Positions 1-10,400 of a stretch of 64,000 nt of DNA are shown one piece after another (the stretch's first letter is position 1; each line of letters opens with the position of its first letter). Made by a program: the position numbers and the translations under genes. The notes under the pieces were generated by a model. That model searched no databases. It was not told the DNA's origin and saw nothing but the letters and a program-made list of their open reading frames with translations. Source of the DNA: Eledone cirrhosa (Eukaryota); the NCBI GenBank assembly GCA_964016885.1, contig OZ024749.1, positions 10,044,001 to 10,108,000 of the forward strand. Reading direction: 5' to 3'.

Positions 1-3000
1 TCTTCGTTGGGGCTTGAGTCAGACTTTAGACCCAGTCCGCACTCTCCTCCTTGGGGCTTGAGTTAGACTTTAGACCCGGTCCTCACTCTCCTCCTTGGAA
101 CTTGAGCCAGACTTTAGACCCAATGCTCACTCTCCTCCTTGGGGCTTGAGTCAGACTTTAGACCCAGTCCTCACTCTCCTTCTTGGGGCTTCAGTCAGAC
201 TTTAGACTTTAGACCCAGTCCTCACTCTCCTTCTTGGGGCTTGAGTCAGACTTTAGACCCAGTCCTCACTCTCCTCCTTGGGGCTTGAGTTACACTATAG
301 ACCCAGTCCTCACTCTCCTCCTTGGGGCTTAAGTCAGACTTTAGACCCAGTCCTCACTCTCCTCCTTGGGGCTTGAGTCAGACTTTAGACCCAGTCTTCA
401 CTCTCCTCCTTGGGGCTTGAGTTAGACTTTAGACTCAGTCCTCACTCTCCTTCTTGGGGCTTGACTCAGACTTTAGACCCAGTCCTCACTCTCCTCCTTG
501 GGGCTTGAGCTAGACTTTACACCCAGTCCTCACTCTTCTCCTTGGGGCTTGAGTCAGACTTTAGACCCAGTCCTCACCCTCCTCCTTGGGGCTTGAATTA
601 AACTTTAGACTTTAGACCCAGTCCTCACTCTCCTTCTTGGGGCTTGAGTCAGACTTTAGACCCAGTCCTCACTCTCCTTCTTGGGGCTTGAGTCATACTT
701 TAGACCCAGTCCTCACTCTCCATCTTGGGGCTTGAGTCAGACTTTAGACCCAGTCCTCACTCTCCTTCTTGGGGCTAGAGTCAGACTTTAGACCCAGTCC
801 TCACTCTCCTCCTTGGAGCTTGAGTTAGACATTTGACCCAGTCCTCACTCTCCTCCTTGGGGCTTGAGTCAGACTTGAGACCCAGTCCTCACTCTCCTCC
901 TTGGGGCTTGAGTCAGAATTTAGACCCAGTCCTCACTCTCCTCCTTGGGGATTGAGTCAGACTTTAGACCCAGTCCTCACTCTCCTCTTGGGGCTTGAGT
1001 TAGACTTTAGACTTTAGACCCAGTCCTCACTCTCCTCCTTGGGGCTTGAGTCAGACTTTAGACCCAGTCCTCACTCTCCTCTTGGGGCTTGAGTTAGACT
1101 TTAGACTTTAGACCCAGTCCTCACTCTCCTCCTTGGGGCTTGAGTTAAACTTTAGACCCAGTCCTCACTCTCCTTGGGGCTTGAGTCAGACTTTAGACCC
1201 ATTCCTCACTCTCCTTCTTGGGGCTTGAGTCAGACTTTAAACTTTAGACCCAGTCCTCACTCTCCTTGGGACTTGAGCCAGACTTTAGACCCAGTCCTCG
1301 CTCCTCCTTCGGGCTTTAATCAGATTTTAGACCCAGTCCTCATTCTCCTTCTTGGGGTTTGAGTCAGACTTTAGACTTTAGACCCAGTCCTCACTCTCCT
1401 CCTTGGGGCTTGAGCTAGACTTTAGACCCATTCCTCACTCTCCTCCTTGGGGCTTGAGTCACACTTTAGACCCAGTCCTCACTCTCCTCCTTGGGGCTTG
1501 AGTCAGACTTTAGACCCACTCCTCACTCCTCCTTCGGGCTTTAATCAGATTTTAGACCCAGTCCTCATTCTCCTTCTTGGGGTTTGAGTCAGACTTTAGA
1601 CTTTAGACCCAGTCCTCACTCTCCTCCTTCGGGCTTTAATCAGATTTTAGACTCAGTCCTCACTCTCCTTCTTGGGGTTTGAGTCAGACTTTAGACTTTA
1701 GACCCAGTCCTCACTCTCCTCCTTGGGGCTTGAGCTAGACTTTAGACCCATTCCTCACTCTCCTCCTTGGGGCTTGAGTCACACTTTAGACCCAGTCCTC
1801 ACTCTCCTCCTTGGGGCTTGAGCTAGACTTTAGACCCATTCCTCACTCTCCTCTTTGGGGCTTGAGTCAGACTTTAGAACCAGTCCTCACTCTCCTCCTT
1901 GGGGCTTGAGTCAGCCTTTAGACTTCAGACCCAGTCCTCACTCTCCTCCTTGAGGCTTGAGTCAGGCTTTAGACTTTAGACCGAGTCCCCACTCTCCTCC
2001 TTGGGGCTTGAGTTAGACTTTAGACTCAGTCCTCATACTCCTCCTTGGGGCTTGAGTCACACTTTAGACCCAGTCCTCACTCTCCTCCTTGGGACTTCGC
2101 CAGACTTTAGACCCAGTCCTCACTCTCCTCTTTGGGGCTTGGGTTAGACATTAGACCCAGTCCTCACTCTCCTTCTTGGGGCTTGAGTCAGACTTTAGAC
2201 CCAATCCTCACTCTCCTCCTTGGGGCTTTAATCAGATTTTAGACCCAGTCCTCATTCTCCTTCTTGGGGCTTGAGTCAGACTTTAGACCCAGTCCTCACG
2301 CTCCTCCTTGGGGCTTGAGTCAGATTTTAGACCCAGTCTTCACACTCCTCCTTGGGGCTTGAGTTAGACTTTAGACTCAGTCCTCACTCTCCTTCTTGGG
2401 GCTTGACTCAGACTTTAGATTTTATACCCAGTCCTCACTCTCCTCCTTGGGACTTGAGCTAGACTTTAGACCCAGTCCTCACTCTTCTCCTTGGGGCTTG
2501 AGTTAGACTTTAGACCCAGTCCTCACTCTCCTTCTTGGGGCTTGAGTCAGACTTTAGACCCAGTCCTCACTCTCCTCCTTGGGGCTTGAGTTAGACTTTA
2601 GACCCAGTCGTCACTCTCCTCCTTGGGGCTTGAGTCAAACTTTAGACCCACTCCTCACTCTCCTCCTTGGGGTTTGAGTCAGACTTTAGAACCAGTCCTC
2701 ACTCTCCTTGGGGCTTGAGTCAAACTTTAGACCCAGTCCTCACTCTCCTCCTTGGGGCTTGAGTTAGACTTTAGACCCAGTCCTCATACTCCTCCTTGGG
2801 GCTTGAGTCAGACTTTAGACCCAGTCCTCACTCTCCTCCTTGGGGCTTGAGTCAGACTTGAGACCCAGTCCTCACTCTCCTCCTTGGGGCTTGAGTCAGA
2901 ATTTAGACCCAGTCCTCACTCTCCTCCTTGGGGATTAAGTTAGACTTTAGACCCACTCCTCACTCTCCTCATTGGGGCTTGAGTCAGACTTTAGACTTTA

Positions 3001-6000
3001 GACCCAGACCTCACTCTCCTCCTTGGGGCTTGAGTTAGATTTAGACTCAGTCCTCACTCTCCTTCTTGGGGCTTGAGTCAGAATTTAGACCCAGTCCTCA
3101 CTCTCCTCCTTGGGGCTTGAGTTAGAATTTAGACCCAGTCCTCACTCTCCTCCTTGGGGATTGAGTTAGACTTTAGACCCACTCCTCACTCTCTTCCTTG
3201 GGGCTTGAGTCAGACTTTAGAACCAGTCCTCACTCTCCTTGGGGCTTGAGTCAGACTTTAGACCCAGTCCTCACTCTCCTCCTTGGGGCTTGAGCTAGAC
3301 TTTAAACCCAGTCCTCACTCTCCTCCTTGGGGCTTGAGTTAGACTTTAGACCCAGTCCTCACTCTCCTCCTTGGGGCTTGAGTCAGACTTTAGACCCAGT
3401 CCTCACTCTCCTCCTTGGGGCTTGAGTTAGACTTTAGACCCAGTCCTCACTCTCCTTCTTGTGGCTTGAGTCAGACTTTCGACCCAGTCCTCACTCTCCT
3501 CCTTGGGGCTTGAATTAAACTTTAGACTTTAGACCCAGTCCTCACTCTCCTTCTTGGGGCTTGAGTCAGACTTTAGACCCAGTCCTCACTCTCCTTCTTG
3601 GGGCTTGAGTCATACTTTAGACCCAGTCCTCACTCTCCTTCTTGGGGCTTGAGTCAGACTTTAGACCCAGTCCTCACTCTCCTCCTTGGTGTTTGAGTCA
3701 GACTTTAGACTCAGTCCTCACTCTCCTTGCGGCTTGAGTCAGATTTTAGACTCAGTCCACACTCTCCTTGGGGCTTGAGTGAGGCTTTAGATCCGGTCCT
3801 CACTCTCTTCGTTGGGGCTTGAGTCAGACTTTAGACCCAGTCCGCACTCTCCTCCTTGGGGCTTGAGTTAGACTTTAGACCCGGTCCTCACTCTCCTCCT
3901 TGGAACTTGAGCCAGACTTTAGACCCAATCCTCACTCTCCTCCTTGGGGCTTGAGTCAGACTTTAGACCCAGTCCTCACTCTCCTTCTTGGGGCTTCAGT
4001 CAGACTTTAGACTTTAGACCCAGTCCTCACTCTCCTTCTTGGGGCTTGAGTCAGACTTTAGACCCAGTCCTCACTCTCCTCCTTGGGGCTTGAGTTAGAC
4101 TTTAGACCCAGTCCTCACTCTCCTCCTTGGGGCTTAAGTCAGACTTTAGACCCAGTCCTCACTCTCCTCCTTGGGGCTTGAGTTAGACTTTAGACTCAGT
4201 CCTCACTCTCCTTCTTGGGGCTTGACTCAGACTTTAGACCCAGTCCTCACTCTCCTCCTTGGGGCTTGAGCTAGACTTTACACCCAGTCCTCACTCTTCT
4301 CCTTGGGGCTTGAGTCAGACTTTAGACCCAGTCCTCACCCTCCTCCTTGGGGCTTGAATTAAACTTTAGACTTTAGACCCAGTCCTCACTCTCCTTCTTG
4401 GGGCTTGAGTCAGACTTTAGACCCAGTCCTCACTCTCCTTCTTGGGGCTTGAGTCATACTTTAGACCCAGTCCTCACTCTCCATCTTGGGGCTTGAGTCA
4501 GACTTTAGACCCAGTCCTCACTCTCCTTCTTGGGGCTAGAGTCAGACTTTAGACCCAGTCCTCACTCTCCTCCTTGGAGCTTGAGTTAGACATTTGACCC
4601 AGTTCTCACTCTCCTCCTTGGGGCTTGAGTCAGACTTGAGACCCAGTCCTCACTCTCCTCCTTGGGGCTTGAGTCAGAATTTAGACCCAGTCCTCACTCT
4701 CCTCCTTGGGGATTGAGTCAGACTTTAGACCCAGTCCTCACTCTCCTCTTGGGGCTTGAGTTAGACTTTAGACTTTAGACCCAGTCCTCACTCTCCTCCT
4801 TGGGGCTTGAGTCAGACTTTAGACCCAGTCCTCACTCTCCTCTTGGGGCTTGAGTTAGACTTTAGACTTTAGACCCAGTCCTCACTCTCCTCCTTGGGGC
4901 TTGAGTTAAACTTTAGACCCAGTCCTCACTCTCCTTGGGGCTTGAGTCAGACTTTAGACCCATTCCTCACTCTCCTTCTTGGGGCTTGAGTCAGACTTTA
5001 AACTTTAGACCCAGTCCTCACTCTCCTTGGGACTTGAGCCAGACTTTAGACCCAGTCCTCGCTCCTCCTTCGGGCTTTAATCAGATTTTAGACCCAGTCC
5101 TCATTCTCCTTCTTGGGGTTTGAGTCAGACTTTAGACTTTAGACCCAGTCCTCACTCTCCTCCTTGGGGCTTGAGCTAGACTTTAGACCCATTCCTCACT
5201 CTCCTCCTTGGGGCTTGAGTCACACTTTAGACCCAGTCCTCACTCTCCTCCTTGGGGCTTGAGTCAGACTTTAGACCCACTCCTCACTCCTCCTTCGGGC
5301 TTTAATCAGATTTTAGACCCAGTCCTCATTCTCCTTCTTGGGGTTTGAGTCAGACTTTAGACTTTAGACCCAGTCCTCACTCTCCTCCTTCGGGCTTTAA
5401 TCAGATTTTAGACTCAGTCCTCACTCTCCTTCTTGGGGTTTGAGTCAGACTTTAGACTTTAGACCCAGTCCTCACTCTCCTCCTTGGGGCTTGAGCTAGA
5501 CTTTAGACCCATTCCTCACTCTCCTCCTTGGGGCTTGAGTCACACTTTAGACCCAGTCCTCACTCTCCTCCTTGGGGCTTGAGCTAGACTTTAGACCCAG
5601 TCCTCACTCTCCTCCTTGGGGCTTGAGTTAGACTTTAGACCCAGTCGTCACTCTCCTCCTTGGGGCTTGAGTCAAACTTTAGACCCACTCCTCACTCTCC
5701 TCCTTGGGGTTTGAGTCAGACTTTAGAACCAGTCCTCACTCTCCTTGGGGCTTGAGTCAAACTTTAGACCCAGTCCTCACTCTCCTCCTTGGGGCTTGAG
5801 TTAGACTTTAGACCCAGTCCTCATACTCCTCCTTGGGGCTTGAGTCAGACTTTAGACCCAGTCCTCACTCTCCTCCTTGGGGCTTGAGTCAGACTTGAGA
5901 CCCAGTCCTCACTCTCCTCCTTGGGGCTTGAGTCAGAATTTAGACCCAGTCCTCACTCTCCTCCTTGGGGATTGAGTTAGACTTTAGACCCACTCCTCAC

Positions 6001-9000
6001 TCTCCTCATTGGGGCTTGAGTCAGACTTTAGACTTTAGACCCAGACCTCACTCTCCTCCTTGGGGCTTGAGTTAGATTTAGACTCAGTCCTCACTCTCCT
6101 TCTTGGGGCTTGAGTCAGAATTTAGACCCAGTCCTCACTCTCCTCCTTGGGGCTTGAGTTAGAATTTAGACCCAGTCCTCACTCTCCTCCTTGGGGATTG
6201 AGTTAGACTTTAGACCCACTCCTCACTCTCTTCCTTGGGGCTTGAGTCAGACTTTAGAACCAGTCCTCACTCTCCTTGGGGCTTGAGTCAGACTTTAGAC
6301 CCAGTCCTCACTCTCCTCCTTGGGGCTTGAGCTAGACTTTAAACCCAGTCCTCACTCTCCTCCTTGGGGCTTGAGTTAGACTTTAGACCCAGTCCTCACT
6401 CTCCTCCTTGGGGCTTGAGTCAGACTTTAGACCCAGTCCTCACTCTCCTCCTTGGGGCTTGAGTTAGACTTTAGACCCAGTCCTCACTCTCCTTCTTGTG
6501 GCTTGAGTCAGACTTTCGACCCAGTCCTCACTCTCCTCCTTGGGGCTTGAATTAAACTTTAGACTTTAGACCCAGTCCTCACTCTCCTTCTTGGGGCTTG
6601 AGTCAGACTTTAGACCCAGTCCTCACTCTCCTTCTTGGGGCTTGAGTCATACTTTAGACCCAGTCCTCACTCTCCTTCTTGGGGCTTGAGTCAGACTTTA
6701 GACCCAGTCCTCACTCTCCTCCTTGGTGTTTGAGTCAGACTTTAGACTCAGTCCTCACTCTCCTTGCGGCTTGAGTCAGATTTTAGACTCAGTCCACACT
6801 CTCCTTGGGGCTTGAGTGAGGCTTTAGATCCGGTCCTCACTCTCTTCGTTGGGGCTTGAGTCAGACTTTAGACCCAGTCCGCACTCTCCTCCTTGGGGCT
6901 TGAGTTAGACTTTAGACCCGGTCCTCACTCTCCTCCTTGGAACTTGAGCCAGACTTTAGACCCAATCCTCACTCTCCTCCTTGGGGCTTGAGTCAGACTT
7001 TAGACCCAGTCCTCACTCTCCTTCTTGGGGCTTCAGTCAGACTTTAGACTTTAGACCCAGTCCTCACTCTCCTTCTTGGGGCTTGAGTCAGACTTTAGAC
7101 CCAGTCCTCACTCTCCTCCTTGGGGCTTGAGTTAGACTTTAGACCCAGTCCTCACTCTCCTCCTTGGGGCTTAAGTCAGACTTTAGACCCAGTCCTCACT
7201 CTCCTCCTTGGGGCTTGAGTTAGACTTTAGACTCAGTCCTCACTCTCCTTCTTGGGGCTTGACTCAGACTTTAGACCCAGTCCTCACTCTCCTCCTTGGG
7301 GCTTGAGCTAGACTTTACACCCAGTCCTCACTCTTCTCCTTGGGGCTTGAGTCAGACTTTAGACCCAGTCCTCACCCTCCTCCTTGGGGCTTGAATTAAA
7401 CTTTAGACTTTAGACCCAGTCCTCACTCTCCTTCTTGGGGCTTGAGTCAGACTTTAGACCCAGTCCTCACTCTCCTTCTTGGGGCTTGAGTCATACTTTA
7501 GACCCAGTCCTCACTCTCCATCTTGGGGCTTGAGTCAGACTTTAGACCCAGTCCTCACTCTCCTTCTTGGGGCTAGAGTCAGACTTTAGACCCAGTCCTC
7601 ACTCTCCTCCTTGGAGCTTGAGTTAGACATTTGACCCAGTCCTCACTCTCCTCCTTGGGGCTTGAGTCAGACTTGAGACCCAGTCCTCACTCTCCTCCTT
7701 GGGGCTTGAGTCAGAATTTAGACCCAGTCCTCACTCTCCTCCTTGGGGATTGAGTCAGACTTTAGACCCAGTCCTCACTCTCCTCTTGGGGCTTGAGTTA
7801 GACTTTAGACTTTAGACCCAGTCCTCACTCTCCTCCTTGGGGCTTGAGTCAGACTTTAGACCCAGTCCTCACTCTCCTCTTGGGGCTTGAGTTAGACTTT
7901 AGACTTTAGACCCAGTCCTCACTCTCCTCCTTGGGGCTTGAGTTAAACTTTAGACCCAGTCCTCACTCTCCTTGGGGCTTGAGTCAGACTTTAGACCCAT
8001 TCCTCACTCTCCTTCTTGGGGCTTGAGTCAGACTTTAAACTTTAGACCCAGTCCTCACTCTCCTTGGGACTTGAGCCAGACTTTAGACCCAGTCCTCGCT
8101 CCTCCTTCGGGCTTTAATCAGATTTTAGACCCAGTCCTCATTCTCCTTCTTGGGGTTTGAGTCAGACTTTAGACTTTAGACCCAGTCCTCACTCTCCTCC
8201 TTGGGGCTTGAGCTAGACTTTAGACCCATTCCTCACTCTCCTCCTTGGGGCTTGAGTCACACTTTAGACCCAGTCCTCACTCTCCTCCTTGGGGCTTGAG
8301 TCAGACTTTAGACCCACTCCTCACTCCTCCTTCGGGCTTTAATCAGATTTTAGACCCAGTCCTCATTCTCCTTCTTGGGGTTTGAGTCAGACTTTAGACT
8401 TTAGACCCAGTCCTCACTCTCCTCCTTCGGGCTTTAATCAGATTTTAGACTCAGTCCTCACTCTCCTTCTTGGGGTTTGAGTCAGACTTTAGACTTTAGA
8501 CCCAGTCCTCACTCTCCTCCTTGGGGCTTGAGCTAGACTTTAGACCCATTCCTCACTCTCCTCCTTGGGGCTTGAGTCACACTTTAGACCCAGTCCTCAC
8601 TCTCCTCCTTGGGGCTTGAGCTAGACTTTAGACCCATTCCTCACTCTCCTCTTTGGGGCTTGAGTCAGACTTTAGAACCAGTCCTCACTCTCCTCCTTGG
8701 GGCTTGAGTCAGACTTTAGACCCAATCCTCACTCTCCTCCTTGGGGCTTGAGTCAGCCTTTAGACTTCAGACCCAGTCCTCACTCTCCTCCTTGAGGCTT
8801 GAGTCAGGCTTTAGACTTTAGACCGAGTCCCCACTCTCCTCCTTGGGGCTTGAGTTAGACTTTAGACTCAGTCCTCATACTCCTCCTTGGGGCTTGAGTC
8901 ACACTTTAGACCCAGTCCTCACTCTCCTCCTTGGGACTTCGCCAGACTTTAGACCCAGTCCTCACTCTCCTCTTTGGGGCTTGGGTTAGACATTAGACCC

Positions 9001-10400
9001 AGTCCTCACTCTCCTTCTTGGGGCTTGAGTCAGACTTTAGACCCAATCCTCACTCTCCTCCTTGGGGCTTTAATCAGATTTTAGACCCAGTCCTCATTCT
9101 CCTTCTTGGGGCTTGAGTCAGACTTTAGACCCAGTCCTCACGCTCCTCCTTGGGGCTTGAGTCAGATTTTAGACCCAGTCTTCACACTCCTCCTTGGGGC
9201 TTGAGTTAGACTTTAGACTCAGTCCTCACTCTCCTTCTTGGGGCTTGACTCAGACTTTAGATTTTATACCCAGTCCTCACTCTCCTCCTTGGGACTTGAG
9301 CTAGACTTTAGACCCAGTCCTCACTCTTCTCCTTGGGGCTTGAGTTAGACTTTAGACCCAGTCCTCACTCTCCTTCTTGGGGCTTGAGTCAGACTTTAGA
9401 CCCAGTCCTCACTCTCCTCCTTGGGGCTTGAGTTAGACTTTAGACCCAGTCGTCACTCTCCTCCTTGGGGCTTGAGTCAAACTTTAGACCCACTCCTCAC
9501 TCTCCTCCTTGGGGTTTGAGTCAGACTTTAGAACCAGTCCTCACTCTCCTTGGGGCTTGAGTCAAACTTTAGACCCAGTCCTCACTCTCCTCCTTGGGGC
9601 TTGAGTTAGACTTTAGACCCAGTCCTCATACTCCTCCTTGGGGCTTGAGTCAGACTTTAGACCCAGTCCTCACTCTCCTCCTTGGGGCTTGAGTCAGACT
9701 TGAGACCCAGTCCTCACTCTCCTCCTTGGGGCTTGAGTCAGAATTTAGACCCAGTCCTCACTCTCCTCCTTGGGGATTGAGTTAGACTTTAGACCCACTC
9801 CTCACTCTCCTCATTGGGGCTTGAGTCAGACTTTAGACTTTAGACCCAGACCTCACTCTCCTCCTTGGGGCTTGAGTTAGATTTAGACTCAGTCCTCACT
9901 CTCCTTCTTGGGGCTTGAGTCAGAATTTAGACCCAGTCCTCACTCTCCTCCTTGGGGATTGAGTTAGACATTTGACCCAGTCCTCACTCTCCTCCTTGGG
10001 GCTTGAGTCAGACTTTAGACCCAGTCCTCACTCTCCTCCTTGGGGCTTGAGTCAGACTTGAGACCCAGTCCTCACTCTCCTCCTTGGGGCTTGAGTCAGA
10101 ATTTAGACCCAGTCCTCACTCTCCTCCTTGGGGATTGAGTTAGACTTTAGACCCACTCCTCACTCTCCTCCTTGGGGCTTGAGTCAGACTTTAGACTTTA
10201 GACCCAGACCTCACTCTCCTCCTTGGGGCTTGAGTTAGATTTAGACTCAGTCCTCACTCTCCTTCTTGGGGCTTGAGTCAGAATTTAGACCCAGTCCTCA
10301 CTCTCCTCCTTGGGGATTGAGTTAGACATTTGACCCAGTCCTCACTCTCCTCCTTGGGGCTTGAGTCAGACTTTAGACCCAGTCCTCACTCTCCTCTTGG
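1..10400 (+). repeat. HOR domain A, first block: ~3.0-3.8 kb higher-order units
   Basis: Marker TCTTCGTTGG occurs at 1, 3806 and 6843. Identical marker ORFs start at 1174, 4935 and 7972 (spacings 3761 and 3037). Boundaries are approximate. Confidence 0.85.
15..21. promoter_or_regulatory. Canonical AP-1/TRE heptamer TGAGTCA (example copy; present in the majority of monomers)
   Basis: Exact match to the Jun/Fos consensus TGA(G/C)TCA within the monomer consensus. This is a motif match only, with no evidence of binding. Confidence 0.35.

Noticed and set aside
12-24. NRF2/Maf ARE extension of the AP-1 site
   Set aside because: The minus strand reads TGACTCAAGC, so the GC is one base off the TGACnnnGC consensus.
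361-367. AAGGAGG on the minus strand (Shine-Dalgarno-like; CCTCCTT on +)
   Set aside because: It is part of the monomer, with no downstream start codon or ORF on the minus strand. The context is satellite DNA.
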